Shown: positions 1 to 13,241 of the stretch, piece after piece | How the letters are laid out: each line of letters opens with the position of its first letter | Position numbering within the stretch: the stretch's first letter is position 1 | Source of the DNA: Vairimorpha necatrix | Taxonomy: Eukaryota | Length of the DNA stretch: 64,000 nucleotides | NCBI GenBank assembly: GCA_036630325.1 | Contig: CP142728.1 | Coordinates: forward strand, 744,001 to 808,000 | Direction of reading: 5' to 3' | Program-made: the position numbers and the translations under genes | Notes under the pieces: generated by a model | The model's input: the letters and a program-made list of their open reading frames with translations, nothing else | What the model was told of the DNA's origin: nothing | Database searches by the model: none

Positions 1-837
1 TTTATATGTATTTGGTTTAATCTTTGATATTTTACTAAACCTCCATATAGAATATATCAATAGAACAGCACAGAATATTAATTCATTTAGATAACTTGAT
101 CTTTTTATATCTTCGGTTATATTCATAGTTTGTTTACTTTACTGTATCAAATTTGTTTATAAAATTTTTGAATCTGAAACATCAATAATATTGAATTAGA
201 TCTGATTTGTTATTACATAACAAATAATATGAGAATGTGATATTTCTGTAATAAAGATCATCGATGTATATATTTTTATTTGTGCAAGTGGAACTAAAAA
301 CCTATTTTTCAAGAAAATTACATTTATTTATAATTTAGTCTATCGAATTCCCTCATTTATATACAATTATAAAATATCGTTTTATGATCTTCTACAGTTA
401 AAAAAAAATTTTAACTTATATTTATCACATTCTTCCTTAGAAACGCCACACTCAAACTCAAAATTTGACTTTGTATCACCAACAAACTAGTATCAGTTAT
501 GCTTGTAAGATATTACAGAGTCCTGTTTTTATGGTAAATTAGATGATTAGTATTTACAGGTGTATAAGATATGTGATCACTAATTCCGCTATTTTAATTA
601 TAAGTTAATGCTTTTATGATACAATCCTTTTTTATAATTGATAATGATAGACATTGCTTTTAAAACTAATAAAGAGCTATTAATTACATCAGTTTTTCTG
701 CTATGTGCCAATAAATCGCTGTCATCAAACTAGTAAAACAAATCATAAATATGAAATTCAAGGCGTATACCGCTCTCTAATTGTTATATTTTATAAAATT
801 TAGAAGGTAAATTATTTAAAAAATTTTTAAAAATTAA

Positions 838-1113
838 TTAAATTCTTTTAATTTCATTATGAATCTTAAAATATTCATCCAATTCTTTATCTCCTCCTAT
901 AAACTCTCCTTTTATAAAAATTGTAGGATAATATTTAAAATTGTACTTTTTAATAACATCTTCCACTAAGTCAGGATTTTCTTCCTTTTTAAAAGTTTCA
1001 AATTCCACATTATTGGCGTATAATATTGCTAGTCCTCTTACAGTATCTTGACATTCTTCCATTGTCAAGATACAGGTTCTTTTTTCATTTATTAATGTTT
1101 CTAATAAAGACAT
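838..1113 (-). CDS. Glutaredoxin-like protein (91 aa)
   Basis: First true ATG at 1113 (MSLLETLINEK); the ORF-track start at 1173 is a TTG. Cys at the active-site position (EECQDT) and the typical C-terminal YPTIFIKGEFIGG (cis-Pro plus GG) motif. Confidence 0.85.
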   Translation of the reverse strand: MSLLETLINEKRTCILTMEECQDTVRGLAILYANNVEFETFKKEENPDLVEDVIKKYNFKYYPTIFIKGEFIGGDKELDEYFKIHNEIKRI

Positions 1114-2017
1114 GTTTGTTATTAATAAAATTTTTTTATAGTGAAATATGAAACTATTTATTATGTTTTGCAAATCTAAACAAACGCGTTATTCAACTAA
1201 ATGAATACAAAATTAATAATGCACGATAATATATCATAATATTTAAACACTAAAATAAAATTTACAAACAGTCTGAAATTTAGTATTTAAAAAATGAAAA
1301 TAAATAGGAAATAATTGTTTGTATTGTTGTTCCAATTACGTTGTCATTGGTCGCATGTAAACATTCAAGAGTTTTCCATTTAAATATTTTTTAGTAAATA
1401 TAAATGGGGATGCAAGTCGTTGCCATAATACTTTATTGTAAGTTGTACATGTATACAAAGTGTTAGTTGACGCTTTATACGTCCAACAATTACAAAGATT
1501 GTGGCGATTATAGTTCGGCGGGAAATTTCAAAAGTATTAAATGCCTTTCGTACTTATTCAAAGTGTTAAATGTAAAAATAATTTTTAAAAATACATACAT
1601 TAATCATATAGAGATTTTAATATTGGGTTTTTAATAAAAAGTGTTAGATTGCGACATATGCAACGAAATCGCTTAAAAAAAAACAATCACAGGTCAAAAA
1701 CAATTGACATTCGTATATTGTCACGCCACAAAGTTTTATTGTTCTAATTTTTATTCTACAAATAAAGAAGTCTTTTGCTAGGATGTCCCAATAAATGATA
1801 TTTGCTGAGATTTAGAAAGAGGCGTTTCATGAGGAAATAAAAATAAAAGATTCCACATTAAAAGAATATATGACTTTAAATAATACTATATGACATTAAA
1901 TAACTTGTTATAAAGATTATACAATGAATAGAATGTTCCTAAGAGGAAATAATAAGTAAAAAAATCTAACAACATGTTTTTTTTTTTCGTTCTGGACATC
2001 TTCACCCTTCATTTTCA

Positions 2018-2644
2018 ATGATTAGTTTTGATAATTCTTCTATAGTGATAAAAAAGTTAGAGTTACTTAGAAAATACGCCTCAATGGTAACAGTAACTAA
2101 AAATTCTTTAACTACTAAAAAAATGCAGATTATTTTTCCTGATACACAAATGTTAATTAAAGAAGTCTCAACCGTCACATTAAAAATATCGGATTTAATT
2201 CAAATCCTTACAAAATCAGAACAATGCACAAAAAATAAAAATTTTATTATTTCAAAGTACAAATATAATGATATTGAAATTGAGAAAAAATATAAAAAAT
2301 TTGATGAGGTTTTGGTACTCCCATGTTCCGAACCAAATTTAAGTATCAGAATAAACCAAATTCTCATATTAAGTGATAGCGATTTTATTATTAAATGTGA
2401 TCAAACAGGATTATTTGAAATGAGTAGTAATTCCTTAATAGAGACGGAATTTAAATTAAAAAATTGTACAATAATAAACAGCAAAATAGAAAATGTAATT
2501 GTTAAAGTAAAAAGTAGAGATTTGAAAATATTAGAAAATTTTCAAAATGATAAAATTTTTTGTTTTTTTTCAGATTATATTTTAGTTTATATTTTGGAAG
2601 ATACTATTACAAATATTGTGATGATTCCAATACTACTAAAATGA
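2018..2644 (+). CDS. Hypothetical protein (208 aa), possibly a divergent sliding-clamp-like subunit
   Basis: Uninterrupted 208-aa ORF in AT-rich DNA, CCC motif shortly before the ATG (cacccttcattttcaATG), no TE motifs. The function is only a guess. Confidence 0.75.
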   Translation: MISFDNSSIVIKKLELLRKYASMVTVTKNSLTTKKMQIIFPDTQMLIKEVSTVTLKISDLIQILTKSEQCTKNKNFIISKYKYNDIEIEKKYKKFDEVLVLPCSEPNLSIRINQILILSDSDFIIKCDQTGLFEMSSNSLIETEFKLKNCTIINSKIENVIVKVKSRDLKILENFQNDKIFCFFSDYILVYILEDTITNIVMIPILLK

Positions 2645-3049
2645 TTTATAGGCAAAAAATGTGCTTAGTTCATATGCGGGGCAGAAATATTGTAACCATC
2701 ATATATGACTACTAAACAGCCAAATATGAAATTAAAGGAATTCAATTTAATATATTATTGACATATCACCATTAATTATGTTTTTTTGTTATTTAAACTA
2801 CCAGACAAAAGGCAAAATATACATATATTTATAAAACTACAATACGAAAATTTACTCGATCAACTTACAATTAATTGATTTCGCTGTCATTCGACAAACC
2901 ACTATATGTTAGAATTAAATAAAAAAAATGATTTTGACCTTTCTTCAAGGCAAAAAAAGTTAATTTTATGAGAACATGGGGTTGTCTATTGTAAAATATC
3001 AAAAGGACAATATGTAAAATGTCTATAAAGGATTATTAACGCAATTGAC

Positions 3050-4190
3050 ATGGCCTATGCTTTCTACACTACCCTAGCTTTAAAAATTTAGCATGATTTT
3101 GACTTACTATAATAATTTTCACATTGTCTAGTAGCAATTTAAATGATATGAATCGCAATTCTACAGCCATTTTTTCCCTTCCGATTTTGTTTGAGCTTTC
3201 TTTAAACGTTAGAATTAAATAATACCATTCTATTTCCAATCTTAATGGTATCTTTATTATCAGATTCCTTTTTCACTCTTGTGTATTCGCTTCTGTAAAC
3301 TTCCAAGTTCTCTCGCCTTCTTTTGAAACCTTTTCTCTATTTTTTAGATTAAACATTCTTGTTATCTATATTATTTGGTACTTAAAATGATAAGAGTTCT
3401 ATAGGGCACAACCTATAGCGTTATGATACGATCGCATGTAATCTCTGACTACTTTAGCCACACATTTTCCCCAATCAATTTTCCCAAATTTGTAATCTAA
3501 CTTAATTTATGGCCATTGTTCTATTAACCTTATAACATGTCCCTCAGTTGTAGGGTTATAAGGGAGACCATATTTCCATATATATTTTTTGTCTTCGCAT
3601 ATTCCTTACAGATATATTTTTTAGATTCTTTACCATCGTCAGATAAAATAGCCTTTGGAATACAATATTTCTTAAGTATACATTTATTTTATATAGAAAT
3701 GACCGTATTCATATCTTTTGTATAAATTGGCCGTCTTTGGAATTCTTGAAAAATGTTCAATTACTGTCAATTAAAATTTGTATCAGTGCTCGCTTCCTCT
3801 CAAGGGCCCTACTATTTTGAAATCCCAAATTTCACCTTTTGTCTTCGTTACTAATGGCACAATATGTCTGAATTCCCCCGTGGTTCTCTTCTTAACAGTT
3901 TCACAATTATTTACAAAATTTTTACATGTCTCTACTTTCATTCTTCCGAGTGAATTTTGACCAATAATATATTTCATGTTCTGTTTTGATCCATGCCCTA
4001 GAAAATCATGGTACAACCTTAGAGTAAAACATCGTCTCTTTTTTTATTCTCTTTATCGTTGAATTTGTTTCTTTTGCAGTTTCTCAAGTTTTCTCAATTA
4101 TTTGCTTGGTGATCTGTATAGTTTGATGATCCTATGACATATTTTATATCGAAATTATATTCTTGTAGCATTAATAATCATCTATTTTAT
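3050..4190 (-). pseudogene. Degenerate Ty3/gypsy integrase region
   Basis: YHDFLGHGSKQNMKYIIGQ and WDFKIVGPL closely match YHDLLGHGSKQNMKYNIGQ and WELDMVGPL of the element at 32013-35544. Many stops; boundaries approximate. Confidence 0.85.
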
Positions 4191-5339
4191 TTTCAAAGTC
4201 CTTTCCTCCACTTCCTTGCTCATCTTAAAAATTAGGGCAATAAAAATATCAACAATCTAGATAACCTAGCTTATACATTTCTCGACTTAAATAGATATTC
4301 CAAGCTTAATGGTTCGTTCTGAGTATAAATTTTCCCAATTTATTTACGCGCTAAACGAGCGCTCGATTTTTTTTGAAAATCAAAACCTTAACACTAAATA
4401 TTACAGTTTAAAATTTAGATATTTCTAAGTTTTTAAACCATATTATAGGAAGTGCCACACATGTCAAATATATTGTGTCTTTGTTTTGATATGTTTGACA
4501 TGTTGTTTCTTAAATAAATTAGAATATCTAAACCCATGTTTTCATTCCAACTCATATATTAGTATTATGATGTTCATAACTTTATTCAACTAATTAAGAT
4601 TTCTGTCTTCGATCCATAAATAAATTTGGATTTTCTGGGATTGTACCTTCCCTTAAAGTATGGAAGCTATAACAACCAAGTCCCAACCTGAATGAGAAAA
4701 TTCAATTAAAAAAATTTATAGTTTAGTTCCAACATTTCAAAAGCTTCATTTTTTACTTAAAATCTGAAGTACAAAACCAGTTGAGTCTGATCGGCTTGAT
4801 CAAATACTCAAAGAAGACGAGGGAAGCCTGGGATGTGACAAACATTTTTAATACCGCCCAAAGATGAAATCCTAGGGTCTTATTCTTGTGGATGATATTC
4901 TCTAATTGAAGGAATTGGTGGGTGGCACAAACACGGATTTGTGAGTACGTGGTTTAATCTATGAAAAGAAGGTTTCAAGCACTTCATCGGCAGCATCATG
5001 ATGGCCATAATTGCCCTTAAGATAAGTGTAAAGAACAATACTTTAGTATGTTTTGGTATTTTAGAAGCAGGTTTGCAGGGAATACAATATATGTATGCAA
5101 GAACACACATCAAAACAAAAAAGAAAGTTCAAGGACGTTGTCGCTAATAGGTCTTTTGGAAGATTCATTTATTCAATTGTTCATATGAGGGCTTATAGCT
5201 GTGAAAATGATGGTTCTAGTTGGATACTTACAACAAAAGATGCTCTTTATAAGTATGCTTTTATCTCTGTTTTGAAAATTAAAACCGTCATTGTTTTTGT
5301 AGCACAGTTAAACAATAAGATTTGAACGTTAGATTTTCT

Positions 5340-5800
5340 AGATAGACTCAAATATATCAAAGTCAAAGAGTTAAAAAATGAAACTGTTGTAGCCCATCAA
5401 AACTTGCCAATCATCTTTCGACAATTGTACGTATTTAAATGGCTACTAAAACTATTTAAAAACATTTCCAAAGGAGAAGATGGAAAATAAGAATAAACAT
5501 TTTGAGAGGAACAATAGCTAAATTTTGCTTAATCTTGGCAGACCAAGTCATCCCAGGGTCAATGACAAGTCGAAAGGTTTAATCGAACCCTTCCCGATAC
5601 TTGCAAACATCCTACGAAAGGATTTAGTAAAAATTATTTCTGACTAACAGTTATAAATAAAGTCGTTTACGATTATAATCCCGTACACTCTGCTACAAAG
5701 AATTCTCCCTTTAATATATGATACGGAAACTTAAAACAATACATGTCTGAGGGATAATGATTCTTCTGATGAGGATAAAACAATCTCAAACACAACGACA
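5340..5800 (+). pseudogene. Remnant of a Ginger2-like integrase
   Basis: Eroded RP.HP...GQVERFNRT and YN..HSATK.SPFN motifs resembling the element at 25838-27625. Boundaries approximate. Confidence 0.55.
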
Positions 5801-6040
5801 GCAAAAAAATGCTCTAAATAATAGAGTATACTGTCAAAGTTTGATGCTATGTTAAGAATGTTTGATATGTATATATTATCAAACAAACCAAAATCGTTTT
5901 TAACAAAAATATTTAATAAAAGTTTTTAAAAGAAGAATAAGAAAAATTTGAAGCAAGAAAATCATCACAATCGGCTTAGACTAAAATAAGGGCCAAGATA
6001 TTACGAAATAAACAATTTTAACAATAAAATATTATAAGTT

Positions 6041-9000
6041 TGTTAATAAATATTTAAAAATTTCTATTTTTATAACCCTTAAGATACCTTAAATAAACAT
6101 GGTGGAGAATATAAATAGAAAAAATAACTAAAAACAACATAACCCATGAGAAAAAAAGAACAGAGGCTCCTAGTATTTTTAGTAAAAAAACGAAGAAGAC
6201 AAAATGAATGACTTTATTAGTACATTTGACGAATCCGTTTTGGACTGGCATCTAGAGAAGTTTTGAAATAAAAGAAAACCAAGTTTTAACTTTGAAGATT
6301 GGAAAAGAGATGCACTAGAGTATTTTTGTACGAAAATATCTATAGAGGACCTTTGCTCTAAGAAACAAAAGGATAATCGGTCTGTTTCTGTATTTATAAA
6401 AAACGATTAAATTGTGTGAAGATTTAAGTGCTGAGGAAAAAAATAAAGAAAAATTTTAAAAAACGGCATTAACCCCGATATAAACTCAATAAAAATGTTT
6501 TTATTCAGTAAATATGAGACAAAAGAGGAATTCTATGAAACCATTGAAGAAATGGTGAAAGAAGCCGGTTTGGCCTTTTCTTTCAAAAACTTAAGCTTAA
6601 AAGAAACTCCTAGAAAAACTTTAACCTGTATATTTTGTAAAAATCCAGGACATGTTTCTACAAGTTGCTATTTTCGGAATAGAAAAAAAGACACTGGTGC
6701 AAGTAAGCAAGTACATGGGGTAGTAGCCAATACTGAAGAGATATTAGAGAAAAAGACTGCATTTTACGAAAATTAAAATAATTACGTCTATGTTAAAAGT
6801 AATAAGGTGCCTGTTATTTTCGATTCTGGTTCTATTATAATTTCAATTCACATTGTGGAGTTTGAGAATTAAAATTACAGATATTAAGGAGGAAAACTCC
6901 ATTGAGCTTTTTTACGTGTTTTTTAAGAATTTTAAGTAAGGGAGATGTTAGGGTTAGAATTTAAATATATGGACAAGATATTTATAAAAAAAAACTTTAT
7001 TTGGCGCTTGGTCGCTAAATCAGAAGTATTTTTTAGAAAACAGAAGCTGATAAAAAATTTTGCAAACCCAAAAAACAGAATATGTCAAATTTAAACTAAC
7101 TTCGGTGAAAAGGTCCTAGAAAGGGCGTATGGACTGCCATAAAAATTATGAGTAGGCATAAAGCTGAAATATAAAAGTTATTGGAGAAAAAAATATATTC
7201 GAAAATCCAGATCTACGTGGTTAAACATTCTTAGACCAGTCATCTATTCAGATGGTTCGGTTCGGGTGTCAACCAATTTGATTGCACTCAATAAGTTAGT
7301 AGATTTGGACAAATACTCGCTTCCAAGCATAGAAAGAATTTTAAATAATATAAAAGATCAAAAATATTTTTCAAAGTTGGATTTAAAAGATGGTTTTTCA
7401 GATAGAATTAGCTGAAGAAGACAGACACAAAACAGCTTTTAGACATAAACATCTTTTATACGAATGGAATGTATTGCTAACGGCTTTAAAAATTCGCCGG
7501 CCATGTTTCAACGGTTTATGGATGTTATTTTACAAGATGATATTGGAGAAAGGTGTTTCATTTATGTTGACGATATTATGGTTTTAGATACAACTGAAGA
7601 AATCCATGATAACAATTTTAGGATTGTAACAGAACATTTAAATAGAATGCTTTACAATTAAATGAAGATAAAACTATTTATTAAAAGAAATCGGTTTAAT
7701 TTTTTGGACATATGATAGAGTACAATAAATTAAACCGAAAAGGTAAGCTTGGCTAGCTATTGATAAAGTCGAACCGCTGCATGATATAAGACCATTGCGA
7801 GATTTTCTTGGCCTTATAAATTTTTACAGATTTCTTATTCCCGGAAGTTCAAGTGTTGCAGGATGCTTGTACGATTTACTTAAAAAGATAGAAAGTTCGG
7901 TTGGGGAGAACATGAAGATAAGCTTCAAACCATCATAAAATCGAATATAGCATTATACCAACCAGACTATATTGAACCCTTTATACTATAAACAAACGCG
8001 TTGCAATTCGGATGTTGGAGCAATAACCTCACAAAGGCAAGGCATAACAATTCATCCTATTTCGTATGCTTCAAGAAGACTTTTACCCTCTGAGATGAAC
8101 TACAGTAATAGTGAAAGGGAATGCTTAGCAGTGTTATGGGGAATGGAGAAGTTTAAATTTTTCTTATACGAATATGTATTCGAAGTAATAACGGACCCAA
8201 AGCTTTGGAAGTGTTGAACAAATGAGAAATGGGCTCTCAAGAATACAAAGATGGCTGGACAGACTTAGCCAATTTAATTTCACAGTAAAATATAAAAGGG
8301 GTGTCGAGAGGGCACATGTGGACTACATTTCTCGCCTATACCAAAAGGAATGCAAGTTATTAAAGAAATTCAGGACTTAACTGATGACATGAAAAGAGAA
8401 CTTATTAAAGATAAACACGAGAAGTTAGTACATCGTGGAGCAAAAACAGTAACTGAAGAACTTAGAAAGCAATATACGTGGCTTTATATGGAAAAATAAG
8501 TAAAGGAAGAGTTGAAAAAATGTATAAGATGTAAAATGTACAATTCAAGAAGGGGGCAGGCCTTTTTGTTTGCCGAGGCGTATTCTGCTGGAAAAAGGTG
8601 GCCATAGACATTATAGGATGTATAAATAAACAATATATAATGCAAAAATTGATTACTTTGGCCGAAAAGGGTTGGGAAATTTATTACCATGAGAGAATTT
8701 CAAAAGATTGTAGATTTTATATTGTAATTTACTAAACAAATAACAATAAAGGAGTAGATGTTTGATTCGTCTAAAGAGAAACAAAGTAGGTAAGTAAAGA
8801 GCTGGGCCATAGAGAATAAAGTAAAAGGACATTATACAACACCCTTAGACCATCAATCGAATGGATGAGTAGAAAGATTTAATAGAACCGTCTAGGAAGG
8901 AATTTACAAACAGGAGGGAAATCTAAATCCAAAATCAAAACTATTGAAAATATTAAAGGCTTACAATAATATCGGCCACTCGAAACTAGGACTGTCTCCG

Positions 9001-9339
9001 AATGAAGCTTGTAAAAAGAAAAATGAAACAAAAATAAAAGAGAAGCAGTACGAAGAAATTATAATGTTTAATAATGTAAACGAGCATAAAGAGGTTGAAG
9101 AAGCGGTTAAGGAAAACGATCAAGTAACAATGAAGAATGAATTTGCATTGTCCAAAGGACAGCCAAGTTTAAAGATAGAAGACAGGTTGCAGAACGGTTA
9201 AAAAACAATGCTTACATTGTACTATAAATATGAAAAGTACTTAAGAGACATGCACCTCGACTCAAAATACTTGTTTACTAGCCTATAAAAGAGGAGGGAT
9301 GCAAAATATTTATAAATTTCTATTTTATAACCCCTAAAT
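6041..9339 (+). mobile_element. Degenerate Ty3/gypsy LTR retrotransposon (gag-PR-RT-RH-IN)
   Basis: CIFCKNPGHVSTSC zinc knuckle, FDSGS protease, YVDD RT, RNase H (ERECLAVLW) and integrase ERFNRT. A short LTR-like repeat at 6041-6099 is followed by TGGTGGAG (PBS, tRNA-Ala-like) and recurs at about 9300-9339 after the purine tract AAAAGAGGAGGGA. Confidence 0.85.
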
Positions 9340-12072
9340 CAGAGGTGGGCAAAAGCCGGCCCGCGGGCCGGATCCGGCCCTTTTGCTAATTTTATCCTGC
9401 CCGCTTAAAAATTCTAACGCAATTTTTTTAAAACTCTTTATTAGATTTTATTACATAAACATTATTAATATGCGAACTGTATATATAATAGGCGAAATAA
9501 AATAAGCGTTTGGCTGATTACACTAGTGTGAACGATGCGGGTCGCTCGCGACAATCGCTCTCATGGCGGGGTTTTCATCAAACACAAAGTAGATCGCGCT
9601 AGGTTTAAAATGCATGTGTGGACGACATATGCTGCACTCCTCTCAGCCTCTCAATGTTTGGGGGACGACAGATCGCAGCCCAGGCATTGTAAATTATTAT
9701 TTTTTTGAACGCATACTCTTTTTTAGTTCGAATCTACCATTGGTTTGCATATATAAAATTGAAAAAGTGGACTTTTTGTAAGTAAATTTTTAAAACTTTG
9801 GTGTTTTTTTATTGTTTTTATTTAACTTGATTTAACTTATTTTTTTATAGCCCTTTTAAAATGAGAGAAACTAAAAAAAGAAAAGTTGATTTGGAATGCA
9901 GAAACTTCAATGAAGATTGGACAGTAAAATATCTTTTTACAAACATTAATAAGAAAGCAATTTGTTTAGTTTGTCAGGAAACAATTGCTGTTTTCAAAGA
10001 ATACAATTTAAGCAGGCATTTTACAACAAAACATCAAAAATATGCATCACTTTCTTTACAAGAACTTCAAAACATAGCTGAAAACTTAACAAGAAACTTG
10101 AATCAGCAACAAAAAATTTTTACCAAACGAATTGATATTGTAAAATCTACTACAAAAGCAAGTTATGCTGTCGCACACAAAATTGCTAAGTTCTGTAAGC
10201 CGTTTTCAGAAGCAGAATTTGTTAAACAATGCATGGTACAAGTGTCGGAGATATGTTGTCCTGAAAAGAAACATATTTTTGAAAATCTAAGCCTTTCGAG
10301 AAGAACAATAGTACGCCGGATTGAAAATATTTCAGGAAACCTACTTGACCAGCTATGCAGAAAAATTGCTGATTTTACCTATTGTTCTCTGGCTTTAGAT
10401 GAGTCCTGCGATATTACTGATACAAGTCAATTATTAATATGTATTCGCGGCATTAATAAGAAATGTGAAATTAGCGAGGAACTTCTTAGTGTGCATCCAA
10501 TGAAAAATACAACTACTGGTAAAGACTTTTTTCTCGCTGTTGAAGAGTGTTTAGTTAAAGTTAGTTTAACTTGGAATAAAATAGTAAGCGTCACTACGGA
10601 TGGCTGTCCTAGTTTAACAGGGAAAAATATAGGCTTACTTAAACGCATTCGCGACAAAGTAAAAAAGTTACAACCAGAACACGATATATTATTTTTGCAC
10701 TGCATTATTCACCAAGAAATGCTATGCAGAAAAGTTTTGAAATTGAATCACGTCGTTACTGTTGTGACCAAAATTGTAAATTTTATCCGAGGACGTGCCT
10801 TAAATTATCGACAGTTTCTTGAATTTTTGAAAGAAATTGAAAGTGACTACTACGAAATTCCCTATTACACTGAAGTGAGATGGCTTAGCATTGGTAAAGT
10901 TTTACATAGATTTCAAAATTTGTTTGATGAAATAGTATCATTTTTGTCGATAAAAGAAAAACTACAAGATTTTCCTGAATTGCAAAATGAGGCTTGGCTA
11001 AACGATTTCTCGTTTTCAGTAGATATAGTAAAATATTTGAATGAACTAAATATAAATCTACAAGGTAAAAACCAATTCGCTTTCAATATGCACTCAAACG
11101 TCAAAGCATTTATGACAAAACTCAATTTATTTGCTGAAAACTTTAATAATAAATTATTAAATCATTTCCCCTCATTGCAAGCACGGCGAGAATCATTAAA
11201 AAATACAGATTTTAATAAATATAGTGCAAAAACACAAGACCTGCATTCTGAATTCCAAAGAAGATTTCAAGATTTCAAAGATATTGAAAAACCTTTATCA
11301 TTAATTAGCCATCCTTTCAATTTCGATGTGCAAGAAGCTCCTGTTGAAATTCAACTAGAACTAATTGACTTACAATCAAATAATTACTAAAAGAAAATTT
11401 TCACTCAAACGAATTGAGTGCTTTCTATGGCGCGTTAAATAATGAATATTTCAAACATTTTTTGAACTATGCTCAGAAATATCTTGTTTTATTTGGTTCG
11501 ACTTATATTTGTGAAAGAACCTTTTCTTTAATGGTTTTTACGAAAAATAAGTATCGATCACAAATTACTGACGAAAATCTACACTCGGTATTAAGGATTG
11601 CTACAAGTGATTTAGAACCTAATTTTGAAGGAAAAATGTCGGATGAACATTCGAAATTTCACGTTTCGCATTAACATTAAATATTTATTTTAACGTTTGA
11701 TGTTTTTTTTTCTTTTTTGAATTTTTTTTACTATTATATTTAATGATGCAATATAAATGTTAAATTGTAATAACCATGTGTCAATATAAAATAATTAATA
11801 TCGTTAAGACATAAATAAGTAACAAAATAAAACCTTTTATTGTGTGGTTTATCTAATAGCCATTTATTTATAATAATATTTCATAAAAAGGTACTTGACA
11901 TATTTTATTCTAATTGAAATGATACTTAATATTTTTGTTAAAAAATGGGCAGGGAAAAAACTTCATCCGAAATTTCCGACTGTGTAAAGCAAAGCCGAAA
12001 TAGTCCTCCGGCCCGGGAGACATTTTAAAAAATTCCTTTGGCCCACAGCTTTAAAGTATTTGCCCACCTCTG
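9340..12072 (+). mobile_element. hAT DNA transposon, SPIN/Buster(Charlie)-like
   Basis: 14-bp TIR CAGAGGTGGGCAAA at both ends; exact 8-bp TSD CCCTAAAT (9332-9339 and 12073-12080). Confidence 0.96.
9861..11674 (+). CDS. hAT transposase (SPIN/GTF2IRD2-like), one frameshift near 11385
   Basis: BED-like finger (CLVC...RHFTTKH), LALDES, TTDG, HCIIH, EVRWLS, and the dimerisation motif FGSTYICERTFS in the second frame. Adding one T at about 11384 joins both ORFs (..SNN-LLKENFHSNELSAFY..). Confidence 0.9.
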
Positions 12073-12080
12073 CCCTAAAT

Positions 12081-12660
12081 GATCGTCAGAAATAAGAGCA
12101 GATACGAGAATATCCACTAATATAAAGGTGACCCATAAAAAGACTGATACTCATGTGTTTGAAGAAGAAGAAGAATTAAATTTTAATAGTTGAAGTTGGT
12201 ATAACCAATCAGGATCTACTTACTATACTCGAGAAGAAAAACTAAGAAAATATGACCTTTTTGCAAATAAACCGGGACTAATACATAAATCCCGATCTTA
12301 ATAGTTCCATATGTAATGACATGAGATGGAGTGGTAACTAAATATCACAGAAAGTACATCAGGGAGCTGGATTCTAACCCGATTTTGAGGCATACATCCG
12401 GTCTATTGTGATGAAGAAGACTCTAGAGTCCATCTCTTTGGAACGACGACGAGGATGCAATCAGGACGATGCAGGAGAATAAGAAGTGGCTAGAGCTGTA
12501 GCGCACTAGCGAATATGGCAACTGTTAAAAAAGTAGTGTCGGCAAAGGGGAATGAAGCTGAAAAGGTGAAGTTGGAAAATATCAATAATTCCACAGAAAT
12601 CAAAGTCTGTGAAGAGCTGAATCCAATGAGCGATGCCGGGGAAAGATGTGCTGTGAATAT
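12081..12660 (+). pseudogene. 3' remnant of an RLE-type (R4/Dong-like) non-LTR retrotransposon
   Basis: EIRADTRI..IKV, VEVGITNQD, KLRKYD and KKTLESISLE, homologous to the 3' part of the element at 18560-20640. Confidence 0.7.
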
Positions 12661-12779
12661 CTAAGCTTAATGATAAATTAACTCTATAAATCTTTTAAAT
12701 ATTCATAATCCCTAAGATATTTTAAATAAACAAGCATGATGGAAAATACTTTAAAGACGGGCCCTATCCCTTGTGTCAT

Positions 12780-13010
12780 GACAGACACCTAGCTAGATGG
12801 GCAGAAAATGTGTCCACAATACTATCAATGTTTTTTCTATTGGAAATTTAGTTATTGTTAAAAAACGACACTAATATTAAAACAAAAAAACTAAAATTTG
12901 GTTCTTTTTATAGGGGGCCTAAAGAACTAATAGAAATTTTATCAAATAACCGATTAAGATAAACTACGATGGTAAAAAGCAATTGTATCAACTAATTTGG
13001 TTAAAAACAA
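12780..13010 (+). pseudogene. C-terminal remnant of a Ginger2-like integrase
   Basis: Eroded match to LARM...VIV..D.NIKTKKLK..SF...IEILSNNR of ORF 25935-26231. Confidence 0.6.
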
Positions 13011-13203
13011 AAAACGAGCCTTTAGATTAATTTTACCTTTTGTTGTATTACTTTATTTTTTTATGATCTTTGTTGACATACATTATTATTGAAAACTGGA
13101 TTTAAAGTTTTTTTTAAGTATTCGTTTGTTTTAAACAATAAGTGTAATCTGTGTAAAAAAACTATAAAACATTCGCAGTTTTGCATTAAAATCGATTTTT
13201 ATA

Positions 13204-13207
<4 letters not shown>

Positions 13208-13235
<28 letters not shown>
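13208..13235. repeat. (AT)14 microsatellite
   Basis: Pure AT dinucleotide run, read directly. Confidence 0.95.

Positions 13236-13241
<6 letters not shown>

Noticed and set aside
1500-1730. Possible MITE bounded by TGTGGCG..CGCCACA
   Set aside because: Only a 7-bp inverted match and no TSD.
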